This document shows, one piece after another, positions 26,412 through 35,929 of a stretch of 64,000 bases of DNA. Made by a program: the position numbers and the translations under genes. The notes under the pieces are model-generated. The model was not told where the DNA came from and did no database searches. It was given only the letters and a program-made list of their open reading frames with translations. The stretch's first letter is position 1, and each line of letters begins with the position of its first letter. This stretch comes from Dehalococcoidia bacterium (GTDB lineage Bacteria; Chloroflexota; Dehalococcoidia; Lucifugimonadales; UBA3495). The stretch covers positions 531,231-595,230 of the forward strand of contig CBDBNP010000007.1 in the NCBI GenBank assembly GCA_965207865.1, in the 5' to 3' direction.

Positions 26412-27080
26412 ATGAAATCACTCGCGCTCCTGGTATTCATTGGCCTGATAACTGTCGGGATTCTCGCCTGCGGGGGCGAGACTGCCGAATCCACAGACAT
26501 CCCCGAGCCCACCGTAACCCGGACCGAGCCTACGGTTGCCCCGCCAACGACCGATGCACCCGAACCGACGGCGGCGCCAACCGACACACCCGAACCCACT
26601 GCAGTTCCCGAGCCGACGGAGCCGCCTGCGCCGCCCACCGCCGAGCCGACCGAGGCACCGGAGCCGACCGACGTGCCCGAGCCCACGGTGGCGCCGACGA
26701 ATGCTCCCACGCCAATGCCGACATCCACTCCAGAACCGACGTCGACTCCGGAGCCTGAGCCAACACCAGAACCGACAGAGGAGCCGGAACCTCCCATAGC
26801 AGTCGATCTCGCGCCTCTGGGCGACAACCTGCTGTTCGTCGCCTTTTTGAAAAGGGCGACCCAGACTTGGCAGGTCTACGACCCCTCAGGCAACTTCAAG
26901 CCCGAGGACATACCGCTTCCTCCAGGCATGGAGATTCCAGATGCCTCCGACATCAGTGCTCTTACAGAACTCATGCCGGATGAGGTCTACTCGATCATCG
27001 TGAAAGAGCAGCAGGACGTAGAATTCGCCAATTTCTCGAGGACGTTGTACAAGGGAAGAAACGACGTCGCCTGGCGGTAG
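26412..27080 (+). CDS. lipoprotein with a Pro/Thr/Glu-rich linker
   Basis: Signal peptide plus lipobox (LITVGILAC). About 110 aa of PEPT-type low complexity, then an approximately 90-aa C-terminal domain. Confidence 0.7.
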   Translation: MKSLALLVFIGLITVGILACGGETAESTDIPEPTVTRTEPTVAPPTTDAPEPTAAPTDTPEPTAVPEPTEPPAPPTAEPTEAPEPTDVPEPTVAPTNAPTPMPTSTPEPTSTPEPEPTPEPTEEPEPPIAVDLAPLGDNLLFVAFLKRATQTWQVYDPSGNFKPEDIPLPPGMEIPDASDISALTELMPDEVYSIIVKEQQDVEFANFSRTLYKGRNDVAWR

Positions 27081-27149
27081 CGGCTACAAATAACAATCTA
27101 GCGAATCCCCGATAAGCCGGCAGAGGTAACCACCTTTCTCCTGCGACCA

Positions 27150-28013
27150 ATGAACTTTTGGACAAGGAAGTATCCCCAAAGCATGACAGAAAATTCGACA
27201 GGCGCTCTCCCGACGACCGCCGACGGGCGAAGCGCCATGGACGTGGCACTGGCGGCCACCCGGGCCGCTGGTGAGATTATTCGAGGCGGCTGGAACTCGG
27301 ACCGCGAGATCACCTTCAAGGGCCGGGCCGATATCGTTACGGACGTCGACGTGAAGGCCGAACAGGCCATGCTGGACATCCTCACAGGAGCATTCCCGGA
27401 CTTTGGCATCCTGGCCGAGGAGTCGAAGCCGGTCGCCGGCGCCTCGCCTTATCGCTGGGTCGTGGACCCGCTGGACGGCACCCGCAACTACGCCCAGAGC
27501 ATCCCCCATTTCTGCACCATTGTTGCCCTGGCTCAGGACGACGAAGTCATCGCTGGGGTAGTCTACGATCCGGTGCGGGAGGAAACATTCACCGCTGCAA
27601 AGGGGCAGGGGGCATTCCTCAACGGCGCTCCCATTTCAGTGTCCGAGACCACCGAGCTTTCCCGGTCCCTGCTCAGTTTCGACCTCGGTTACGTGGACGA
27701 AAAGGCGGGGCTAGCCATCGACCTGCTGCGTTCCCTCTGGCCCGGAATGTACAGCGTGAGGCTCATGGGTTCCGCTGGCCTGGGCGTTGCCTACGCTGCC
27801 TCGGGACGTGTCGACCTGTTCTTCCACCACTCTCTGTCTCCCTGGGACATCGCCGCCGGGCTGATCATCGCCCAGGAGGCGGGGGGCAGGGTCGTGGACC
27901 GGCAGGGCAATGACGCCACCCTATTCACCCCCAGCGTGATTTGCTCCAGTCCCGCGCTGATCGACGGATTTCTCGCGGCCACCGATGGCCTGCCCTGGCG
28001 CACCGCCACCTGA
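27150..28013 (+). CDS. inositol monophosphatase family protein
   Basis: Contains WVVDPLDGTRNY, WDIAAG and GSAGLGVAYAASGRVD. An alternative start is ATG 27183. Confidence 0.85.
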   Translation: MNFWTRKYPQSMTENSTGALPTTADGRSAMDVALAATRAAGEIIRGGWNSDREITFKGRADIVTDVDVKAEQAMLDILTGAFPDFGILAEESKPVAGASPYRWVVDPLDGTRNYAQSIPHFCTIVALAQDDEVIAGVVYDPVREETFTAAKGQGAFLNGAPISVSETTELSRSLLSFDLGYVDEKAGLAIDLLRSLWPGMYSVRLMGSAGLGVAYAASGRVDLFFHHSLSPWDIAAGLIIAQEAGGRVVDRQGNDATLFTPSVICSSPALIDGFLAATDGLPWRTAT

Positions 28014-28055
28014 AGAGATGCTGACCATCGACACGTCCGGATTCTCGGAGTTGCC

Positions 28056-29267
28056 TTGAGCCAGGATTACGACCTGATCGTCGTCGGTGGTGGCGTGGCT
28101 GGCTCGGCCCTCGCGGCTGGCATGGCTGCTGCCGGGGCCCGTACGCTCGTGATCGAAGCGGAGGGGTCCTTCCGCGACCGCGTGCGTGGAGAAGCGATCA
28201 TGCCCTGGGGAGTGGCCGAGGCCAAAGTGCTCGGCCTCGACAGCGTCCTGGAACGGGCTGGCGCCAACCCCCTGACGCACTGGGATTCCTACGTTGGGCC
28301 AGACCGTTCCGGCCACAGGGACCTCGCCAGGACTACACGCGTCGGCGAGCCGGTGATGGCCTGCTACCACCCGGGGCTGCAGGCCGCACTGCTGGAACAC
28401 GCAGAAAGCGCGGGAGCGGACGTCTGGCGGTCGACTCGAGTCAGTGGCGTGTCCGGTGCCGAAAACGATGAGCCGCCATCGGTGTCGGTCGAAAGAAACG
28501 GGTCTCCAACTCAACTCAAGTGCAGGCTGGTAGTGGGCGCCGATGGCCGGGGCTCCCCGACTCGCGGCTGGGCAGGGTTCCCGGTGACTCGCGACGCCGA
28601 AGGCAACCTCGTCGCCGGAGTCCTTCTGGATAACGTTGCCTTGCCCCACGACGCCACCCACGCGTGGCTGGACACCGAAACGGGCCACTTCATCCTGAAC
28701 TTTCCGCAGGGGAACGGACGGGCGCGCGTGTATCTCTGCTATGCCGAGGGCAGCGCCCCTCGGTACAGTGGGCCGGACGATATAACTGTGGTGCTGGGCG
28801 AGTGCATTGCGTCCGGCGTGCCTGCTGAGGTCTACGCAGACGCCGTCCCCGCCGGGCCGCTGGCAACGTTCGAGGGTCGCACCACCTGGGCCGAGTCGAC
28901 CTACCGCAATGGTGTGGCGCTGGTCGGTGACGCCGCCGCCAACACCGATCCCACCTGGGGCCAGGGACTGTCCATGGCCATGCGCGACGCCCGCGTCCTG
29001 GGGGAGCTGATGCTGGCGGATGACGACTGGGACGCTGCCGGCCGGGCATACGCGGAGGCGCGGAGCGAATATTTCAACGTGGTCCACTCCATGGAAAACT
29101 GGCAAACGCAGCTTCTGATGGACACGGGACCGGACGCCGACGCGGTTCGCGCCCGCGCTTTCCGCAGCTGGCGCGACGACCGCACCCGGAACCCGGACAC
29201 GTTCCTCAGCGGACCCGGCAACGCGCTAGGTGAGACCGAGCGGCGGCGCTACTTCGGCGAGGAGTAG
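28056..29267 (+). CDS. FAD-dependent monooxygenase (UbiH/PHBH-like)
   Basis: Contains DLIVVGGGVAGSALA (GxGxxG), VVGADGRGS and LVGDAAANTDPTWGQGLSMAMRDA. TTG start. Confidence 0.8.
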   Translation: MSQDYDLIVVGGGVAGSALAAGMAAAGARTLVIEAEGSFRDRVRGEAIMPWGVAEAKVLGLDSVLERAGANPLTHWDSYVGPDRSGHRDLARTTRVGEPVMACYHPGLQAALLEHAESAGADVWRSTRVSGVSGAENDEPPSVSVERNGSPTQLKCRLVVGADGRGSPTRGWAGFPVTRDAEGNLVAGVLLDNVALPHDATHAWLDTETGHFILNFPQGNGRARVYLCYAEGSAPRYSGPDDITVVLGECIASGVPAEVYADAVPAGPLATFEGRTTWAESTYRNGVALVGDAAANTDPTWGQGLSMAMRDARVLGELMLADDDWDAAGRAYAEARSEYFNVVHSMENWQTQLLMDTGPDADAVRARAFRSWRDDRTRNPDTFLSGPGNALGETERRRYFGEE

Positions 29268-29280
29268 CCGGACGGAGGGC

Positions 29281-30513
29281 CTACCTCCTGCTGCCACTGC
29301 CCTGGCTGCCCAGGATCACTCCCTCAGCCAGCAGTTCATCCACCTCATCCTGGGTGAAACCGCGTTCCCGCAGTACCTCGGTGGAGTGTTCGCCAAGGGC
29401 CGGGGCCCTTCGGCGAATCCTGCCCGGCGTGGCTGAGAGCTTCACAGGCACGCCGATGTTATGTAAGGTGCCAAGCTCTGGGTCGTCCGTATCCACCAGC
29501 ATCTCCCGCGCCAGGACCTGCGGATCCTGGTAGACCTGCTCCATGTTGTAGATCGGCCCGGCCACCACACCGGCAGAATCCAGCAACTCTAGCCAGTGCT
29601 CGGTGTCCTCGGTGGAAAAGGTCTCTTCCAGCAGGGCCGCCAGCTCTTCCTCCCGGGCCTTGCGGTCCCACGGGTTGCGGAACCGGTCATCGTCCATCAG
29701 GTCCTCGCGCTGGATGGCCCGGCATAGCTGCTCCCAGGTCGGCTGCGTCGCTGCTCCCAGGTTCAGGTAGCCGTTCTTCGTCCGCATGGCCTGGTAAGGG
29801 GCCGACACACGGTGGGCGGAGCCGAGCGGCCCCGGGATCTCCCCTTCCGCGAAGTACACCGATGACTCCCAAACGGTGTAGGCAACCCCGGCCTCCATCA
29901 GCGAGGTGTCCACCATCTGCCCCTCGCCGGTCTTGAGGGCATGCACGTAGGCGGCCATCACTCCATTGGCCCCGAACAGGCCGGCGGTGAGGTCGGTGAT
30001 GGGGACTCCGACTTTGGCCGGCGGGGAATCGGGATGGCCGGTGATGCTCATCAGTCCGCTGACGCCCTGGGCAACCAGGTCGAACCCGCCGCGGTTGCGG
30101 GCCGGACCCGTGCTGCCGAATCCGGAAATAGTGCAGTAGACCAGGCTGGGATTGATCTCATGCAGCGCTGGATAGTCCAGGCCCATGCGTTCCATCACGC
30201 CGGGGCGGAAATTCTCCACAACCACGTCGGCGCCCTTGACCAGCCGGCGGAAGACCTCGCGTCCCTGCTCGCTGCGAAGGTCCAGCACCAGGCTGCGCTT
30301 GTTGCGATTCACAGCCAGGAAGCCTGCGGACCAGTCCTTGATGAACGGGGGACCCATGCGCCGGTTGTCATCGCCGCCGTTGGGCTTCTCAATCTTGATC
30401 ACGTCGGCGCCCATGTCCCCCAGGACCATGGTGCACATTGGCCCGGCCAGGATCTGCGTGAGATCGAGTACAACCATTCCGGCCAGAGGGCCGGTCGTCT
30501 GAGCTGAGGTCAT
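29281..30513 (-). CDS. CaiB/BaiF family III CoA-transferase
   Basis: ORF track gives 29281..30600; ATG 30513 was chosen as the start. GPLAGMVVLDLTQILAGPMCTMVLGDMGADVIKIE is the family N-terminal signature. Confidence 0.85.
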   Translation of the reverse strand: MTSAQTTGPLAGMVVLDLTQILAGPMCTMVLGDMGADVIKIEKPNGGDDNRRMGPPFIKDWSAGFLAVNRNKRSLVLDLRSEQGREVFRRLVKGADVVVENFRPGVMERMGLDYPALHEINPSLVYCTISGFGSTGPARNRGGFDLVAQGVSGLMSITGHPDSPPAKVGVPITDLTAGLFGANGVMAAYVHALKTGEGQMVDTSLMEAGVAYTVWESSVYFAEGEIPGPLGSAHRVSAPYQAMRTKNGYLNLGAATQPTWEQLCRAIQREDLMDDDRFRNPWDRKAREEELAALLEETFSTEDTEHWLELLDSAGVVAGPIYNMEQVYQDPQVLAREMLVDTDDPELGTLHNIGVPVKLSATPGRIRRRAPALGEHSTEVLRERGFTQDEVDELLAEGVILGSQGSGSRR

Positions 30514-30766
30514 TCTTCCTATCCTCGCCGGTATGTCAGGCGTCAGGCCAAGCGAGCCTGGCCGTCCACCAGAGTATAGCGGACAGTGCGGCCACTGCAT
30601 CTGTCCTTTTCCCCTGGAAAGTTGGTAGCCGGTGCAAACCCGTTGATGGCTGGATTGAGCACCCTACCATACCGAGGTACCGGCTGTTATATTTGTAATT
30701 GATGAGCGGTTCCGCTATGACCCGCCTATTGAATCAGCCATTCACATCCGTAGCGGACGAGGATAG

Positions 30767-31411
30767 ATGGACGGCCCTATGGAGATTACCCTCCTGGTCG
30801 CATCCGGAATTATCGGATATCTGCTCGGAGCCCTGCCCTTCGCCCAGTGGGTAAGCCGCTACGTCAAGGGCGTGGACATTTTCAGCACTGGGAGCACTCT
30901 CGCTGGCACGGCCAACGTCTTCTGGAATGTCGGTCGGCGCAGCGCCCTCCTGGTGTTTATTTGCGATGTCGGCAAGGGCTCCCTGGCGGTGATTGTCGCC
31001 TGGGGCCTGGGCGTCGAGGCGCCGCTTACCCTGGTGGCCGCCTCGGCAGCCATCGTGGGCCACTGGGTATCGGTATTTTCCTCATTCAGGGGCGGAGACG
31101 CCATGACTCCGCTGATCGGCGTCAGTTTCGCGCTGGTTCCCGAACTGACCCTGCTGGCGGCGGTGGCGGGAGTGGCAACGGTGCTGCTGCTGAGAAATCA
31201 CTACCTGCGGTCCTCGTGGGGCATCTGCACCGGCTTCTTGTTGATGCTGGGTCTGAGCATTGCCTACAGCGTGGACTTGGATCTGGTTACGGGGCTCACA
31301 ATCCTGGCGGTGCTGGTCCTGCTTCGGAGCCTGATTGTCCGCCGCCGTATCAGTTCCTCCGACGATGCTGACATTATCGAGGAACTGGAGACCGAGCCGG
31401 AACTACCGTAG
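30767..31411 (+). CDS. PlsY-family (glycerol-3-phosphate acyltransferase-like) membrane protein, divergent
   Basis: Aligns by eye to PlsY (GYLLGALPFA; KGVDIFSTGSTLAGTANVF; VGHWVSVFSSFRGGDAMTP). The canonical GSGN and GGKG motifs are altered (GSTL, GGDA). Confidence 0.65.
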   Translation: MDGPMEITLLVASGIIGYLLGALPFAQWVSRYVKGVDIFSTGSTLAGTANVFWNVGRRSALLVFICDVGKGSLAVIVAWGLGVEAPLTLVAASAAIVGHWVSVFSSFRGGDAMTPLIGVSFALVPELTLLAAVAGVATVLLLRNHYLRSSWGICTGFLLMLGLSIAYSVDLDLVTGLTILAVLVLLRSLIVRRRISSSDDADIIEELETEPELP

Positions 31412-31428
31412 CCTTGACAGGGCGGCAA

Positions 31429-32616
31429 CTAACCTGCGCTGTTAGTGCCCTCTCCAGGTCCACGAGTGTCCCGCATTTCCCGCATGCGAAGGGCCCAGCG
31501 CAGGTGCTCGTCCTGCGCGGCGTCCTCGGCCATCTCGGGAGACAGCGCCAGCAGGCTGTCCATGTGTCCCAGACATGATTCCAGATCGTCGAGCTGCGCA
31601 TACACCCGCGCCGCGTTGTAGTGGGCGGAGGCCAGGCGGGGATTGGCTGCCAGGGCCTGGTGATAGGCTTCCAGCGCCTCCTCCACATCACCCTGGGCCT
31701 CGAGCACGGCCCCCCGGTTGCTGTGGGCCTCGGCGAAATCGGGGCGCACCGTCAGCGCTTGCTCGTAGTCGGCCACTGCCGACTCGTAGTCTCCCAGCGC
31801 GTCATAGGCCAGGCCGCGATTGTTGTATGCCTCGGCATCTTCCGGGTCAAGCCGCAGCACCTGGGTATAATCGTCCAGGGCATCCTGCAACCGCCCCAGG
31901 TAGTAGCAGGTGCGAGCGCGGTTGAAGAGGGCACGAGGGTCTTCGGGGTTCAACTCGGCGGCACGAGCGTAACTGTCGATGGCCTCGTCGTGCAGGCTCA
32001 GTTCGTCCAGTGACGCTCCCCGGTTCAGGTGGGCGTTGCCGATGTCCGGACGGACTTCGATCACCCGGTCAAACTGGGCAACCGCCTCCTGGTGCCGTCC
32101 GGCGCTGGCCAGCACAATGCCCCTGTTATACATGGGTTGGACATACCCCGGTGAGAGATCAATGGCGCGCTGATAATCCGAGAGTGCACGCTCGAACTCC
32201 CCCAGATCATCGTGAGCGTTGCCCCTCTGGTAGTATGCCTCAGCCAGTTGGGGAGAGCGGACCAGTGTTTCCGTGAATTCCCGCACCGCTTCTTCGGGCT
32301 GCCTCAGGCGCAGGTACGCCAGCCCCAGGTTGAAGCGAGCGTCGACGTTGGCGGGCTCTCTTTCCAGCAGCGTGCGGTAGACCTCGGAAGCATTCTCGTG
32401 CCGCCCCAGGGCATAGCAGGCATTCCCGTATACCAGTTCATTGCCGTCGATCTCGGCGCTGGTGAGGGCATCCACGGCCGTTTCCAGCAGCAGTCGGGGC
32501 TCGCCGCTAAGACGAGAGCCCCGGGGTCCGGGGGTGATTCGGCCAACACCCACCGAGAACGCGTCAAGCAGGGTGGAGACGGTGTCGATAGCCGGGCGGT
32601 CGTTGGATGATTGCAT
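31429..32616 (-). CDS. TPR-repeat protein
   Basis: ORF track gives 31429..32811; ATG 32616 was chosen as the start. About 9 consecutive 34-aa TPR units (A.AYYQRGNAHDDLGEFERALSDYQRAIDLSP and similar). Confidence 0.75.
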   Translation of the reverse strand: MQSSNDRPAIDTVSTLLDAFSVGVGRITPGPRGSRLSGEPRLLLETAVDALTSAEIDGNELVYGNACYALGRHENASEVYRTLLEREPANVDARFNLGLAYLRLRQPEEAVREFTETLVRSPQLAEAYYQRGNAHDDLGEFERALSDYQRAIDLSPGYVQPMYNRGIVLASAGRHQEAVAQFDRVIEVRPDIGNAHLNRGASLDELSLHDEAIDSYARAAELNPEDPRALFNRARTCYYLGRLQDALDDYTQVLRLDPEDAEAYNNRGLAYDALGDYESAVADYEQALTVRPDFAEAHSNRGAVLEAQGDVEEALEAYHQALAANPRLASAHYNAARVYAQLDDLESCLGHMDSLLALSPEMAEDAAQDEHLRWALRMREMRDTRGPGEGTNSAG

Positions 32617-32822
32617 GGGAAACGGAGCCTTGCGGGAAACTACAGTCGTTTTCGGGGCCTCCCTAGCATAACATCCGAACGCGCAATCCGCGATTGCGGT
32701 CTGATTCGGTAGGCAAACAAAGAACATCCCTTCGTTGAACAATAGTCCGTGGCCGCGTACAATTCCTGAAAATGGATAGACATATAGCCCTTCCATGACA
32801 AACATGTACACAGGGGTGCGAC

Positions 32823-33056
32823 GTGACGCAAGACAGCCAGGTAATCCTCTACACCCATCCCGATTGCGCCTTTTCGGCGGCGGCCAAGATGGACTACCGC
32901 AAGCGCAAGGTGGCCTACGAAGACGTGGACCTGTCCAAGCAGGAAGACAGGATCCCCGAATTGCTCGGTCTCACCAACGGTGAGCGGGTGACTCCGGTGA
33001 TCGTTGAAAACGGCACGGTAACCATCGGATTCAAGGGCGGTACTTGAGAGTTCTAG
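32823..33056 (+). CDS. glutaredoxin/NrdH-like small redoxin; possible selenoprotein ending Sec-Glu-Phe-stop
   Basis: The ORF track ends at TGA 33045-47, giving 74 aa (VILYTHPDCAFSAAAK...TPVIVENGTVTIGFKGGT). The DNA continues TGA GAG TTC TAG. The CxxC motif is replaced by CAFS. The coordinates include the optional read-through; the conventional end is 33047. Confidence 0.55.
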
Positions 33057-33060
33057 CCCC

Positions 33061-33074
33061 GGGCCAGTTGGCCC
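33061..33074 (+). promoter_or_regulatory. candidate SECIS apical hairpin after the redoxin UGA
   Basis: GGGCC-AGUU-GGCCC begins 14 nt after the UGA and has GU in the loop. UAG/CUA could extend the stem. Confidence 0.3.
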
Positions 33075-33122
33075 AATCTACGTCCCGGCCCTTGGTATCC
33101 CTGCCTCAGCGGACTTTGCTAA

Positions 33123-34037
33123 GTAACTATCTCAAAATTGGAGTTGTGTGAAAGGGAGATCAAACCGGGGGGTTGGTTAAGATAGGGGAAAGTTGTGTGG
33201 TGGTGAATTATGGGGAAGCGGGAGACTCTGCCAACGATATGGGAAATACCGGATGATCTGTGGGAGCGAATCGAGCCGGTGATTTTGCAGTTGGACCCAC
33301 CCAAGGCGAAGGGGCGCAAACGGGTGAACCAGCGCAGGATGCTGGAAGGTATCATCTTCCGGATGCGTAGCTCCTGCCAATGGAACCGGTTGCCCAAGGA
33401 TCTGGGGGATGACAGCACCATCCACCGAACTTTCCAGCGTTGGGTAGAGCGTGGGGTGCTGGAGGGTGTCTGGGCTGTCCTGATAGAGGGATGCCGGGAG
33501 TTGGACGGCGTAGACTGGGAATGGCAGTCAGCCGACTGCTCCATGGGGAAGGCGCGTTTTGGGGGGGCGCTATTGGACGCAATCCCACGGACCGGGGCAA
33601 GGCTGGGAGCAAGAAAAGCGTCCTGGTAGACGGGGCAGGCGGGCCACTGAGCGTGGTGGTGGCCGGAGCCAATGTCCACGATACGAAACTCCTCGGGCCG
33701 ACGCTGGAGAGCATAGTGGTGGACCGGACGGAAGGCGTCCAGAACCTGTGCTTGGACAAGGGGTATGACAATCCCACCGGCCACCGGACCGTCTCCGAGG
33801 CCGGATACCAGCCGCGGATTCGGCGTATTGGCGAGGAGAAATTGGACCAATGGGGTGAGAGGACCCACCCGGCCCGGCGGTGGGTGGTGGAACGCACCCT
33901 GGCCTGGCTGTCCAAGTGCCGGGCAATCTTGGTTCGCTACGACAAGAAAGTATCCAATTACCTTGGCCTGCTCCAACTGGCATGTGCCCTTATCTGGTAC
34001 CGCCGTCAATGGAGCCTGGATAATTTGAGATAGTTAC
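33123..34037 (+). mobile_element. IS5-family (IS427/IS1031-like) insertion sequence, 915 bp, with a TAA target duplication
   Basis: IRL is GTAACTATCTCAAA (33123-36). IRR is TTTGAGATAGTTAC (34024-37), a perfect 14-bp inverted repeat. TAA flanks both sides (33120-22 and 34038-40). Confidence 0.85.
33210..34033 (+). CDS. IS5-family DDE transposase, two frames joined by a -1 shift at a T3G7 run
   Basis: ORF 33210..33629 (LPKDLGDDSTIHRTFQRW) and ORF 33440..34033 (NPTDRGKAGSKKSVLVD...DKGYD...RWVVERTLAWL) join as GKARFGG/AIGRNPTDRG at TTTGGGGGGG (about 33556-33566). Confidence 0.75.
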
Positions 34038-34150
34038 TAAAGAGTGCAAGTGCGTTTTATCAGAAGTTTTAAATTGATGACAGTTGGCCGTTGTACACAT
34101 ATTAGAACAAATGTTAGTCTTGGCCTATTCCAAAGGGAGGCAAGTGCAGG

Positions 34151-35242
34151 GTGATGAAAAAGGACAAGATGACAACTGACAAGAAAGCTGCGCTGGATAT
34201 CGCCCTCAGCAGCATCGAGAAGGACCACGGCAGGGGCGCGGTCATGCGCTTGGGCGAACTGAGCAACTCGCTCACCACCGAATCCATCTCAACGGGCTCC
34301 CTGGCCGTGGATATCGCCCTGGGCACCGGGGGAATACCCCGGGGACGGGTCACCGAGGTCTTTGGCGCAGAATCGGCCGGGAAGTCCACCCTGGCGATTC
34401 ACCTGATGTCCGAGACCCAGAAGGCGGGCGGGGTCGCCGCCTACATCGACGTGGAGCACGCCCTCGACCCGACATACGCGGCCAGCTGCGGTCTGGACCT
34501 CAACGAGCTGCTCATATCCCAGCCCGACAGCGCCGAGCAGGCCCTGGATATTACCGAACAGCTGGTACGCAGCGGCGCCATTGATGCCATAGTCATCGAC
34601 AGCGTCGCGGCCCTGGTGCCGCAGGCGGAAATCGAAGGCGACATGGGCGACACCCACGTCGGCCTGCAGGCCAGGCTCATGTCTCAGGCCTTGCGCAAGC
34701 TCACCGGCACCATCCACAAGTCCAAGACCGCCGTCGTGTTCATCAACCAGCTCCGTGAAAAAGTGGGCGTAACCTACGGCAGCCCGGAGGTAACGCCCGG
34801 TGGCCGCGCACTGAAATTCTACAGCTCGGTCCGCATAGACCTGCGCCGCATCGAGTCCATCAAGCAGGGCTCGGAGATAATCGGCAACCGGGTCCGGGCC
34901 CGTGTGGTCAAGAATAAAGTCGCCGCTCCCTTCAGGGTCGCGGAATTCGACATCATGTTCAACCAGGGCATCAGCAAGATGGGAGACCTCCTGGAAATCG
35001 GCACCGCCAAGGGCATCATAAAGAAATCCGGTGCCTTTTACTCCTACGGCGAAACCCGCCTGGGGCAGGGCCGAGAAAACTCCAAGGAGTTCCTGCAGCA
35101 GCACCCGGAAATTGCGGCCTCCGTGGAAAACCGTATCAGGGCGGGCAGCGATATCAACGCACCCCTGCCCGAAGAAGACGACGCCCTGGAAATTGGGGGA
35201 GCTCCCTCCCTCAACGGCTCTGAACCCTCCTCCGGCGACTAG
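34151..35242 (+). CDS. recA: recombinase RecA
   Basis: Canonical RecA sequence ([11 protein letters not shown] Walker [18 protein letters not shown]). The GGAGG RBS ends 10 nt upstream of the GTG start. ATG 34154 is an alternative start. Confidence 0.97.
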   Translation: MMKKDKMTTDKKAALDIALSSIEKDHGRGAVMRLGELSNSLTTESISTGSLAVDIALGTGGIPRGRVTEVFGAESAGKSTLAIHLMSETQKAGGVAAYIDVEHALDPTYAASCGLDLNELLISQPDSAEQALDITEQLVRSGAIDAIVIDSVAALVPQAEIEGDMGDTHVGLQARLMSQALRKLTGTIHKSKTAVVFINQLREKVGVTYGSPEVTPGGRALKFYSSVRIDLRRIESIKQGSEIIGNRVRARVVKNKVAAPFRVAEFDIMFNQGISKMGDLLEIGTAKGIIKKSGAFYSYGETRLGQGRENSKEFLQQHPEIAASVENRIRAGSDINAPLPEEDDALEIGGAPSLNGSEPSSGD

Positions 35243-35251
35243 AAGGACAGA

Positions 35252-35288
35252 AGGGGCTGCCGTTTCCAGTGGCAGCCCCTTCATTTTG
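35252..35288 (+). terminator. hairpin (attenuator/terminator) between recA and recX
   Basis: AGGGGCTGCC-GTTTCCAGT-GGCAGCCCCT followed by TCATTTTGC. Confidence 0.55.
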
Positions 35289-35307
35289 CGCTGTGAGGAA
35301 TTCGTCT

Positions 35308-35889
35308 ATGAGCCGTGACACACACTTCGACCACGCCAACCGCTCTTTCCAGGCCGTCCCCTCGCTAGAGCACGCAATGTCAACGGTCCAGGCCGTCCCT
35401 TCATTAAAAAAGGAATCCGACCGTGCTCGCGGCGCGGCACTGCGACTATTGGCTCTGCGGCCACGCACGGTGTTGGAGATTCAAGAGCGGCTGGGGCAAC
35501 GCTTCGGTAAGGATGCCGTTGATGAAACCGTAGCGCGCCTGCTGAGCGAGGGACTGCTGGACGATGCGGACTATGCCAACCAGTGGCGCCAGAGCAGGGA
35601 GCGCCACAAGCCGCGAAGCCGGGGAATGATCGCCAGGGAGCTCAAAAGTAAAGGCGTTGCCGACGAATTCATTGACGACGCCCTTGAGGGATACGACTCC
35701 TCAGACGCGGCCCGGCGGTCGGCCCATCGCTACGCCTCCAGGCAATCTGGCGCCAGTCGCATTGCATTCGACCGCAGAGTCGGCGCGTTTCTTGCCCGGC
35801 GAGGATTCGAACCCTCAGTTATCCGGCAAGTCCTGCAGGAACTCAGAGAGGAACTGGAAATCGTCAACCCTTCGGACAACAGAGTATAA
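35308..35889 (+). CDS. recX: recombination regulator RecX
   Basis: The ORF track starts at GTG 35269, inside the hairpin. ATG 35308 has a GAGGAA RBS. RecX-like three-helix repeats (RGAALRLLALRPRTVLEIQERL..., DDADYANQW) immediately follow recA. Confidence 0.8.
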   Translation: MSRDTHFDHANRSFQAVPSLEHAMSTVQAVPSLKKESDRARGAALRLLALRPRTVLEIQERLGQRFGKDAVDETVARLLSEGLLDDADYANQWRQSRERHKPRSRGMIARELKSKGVADEFIDDALEGYDSSDAARRSAHRYASRQSGASRIAFDRRVGAFLARRGFEPSVIRQVLQELREELEIVNPSDNRV

Positions 35890-35929
35890 GGCTGGCCGCA
35901 AAACAACTAGGGTCGTAAATGATCCCGGT

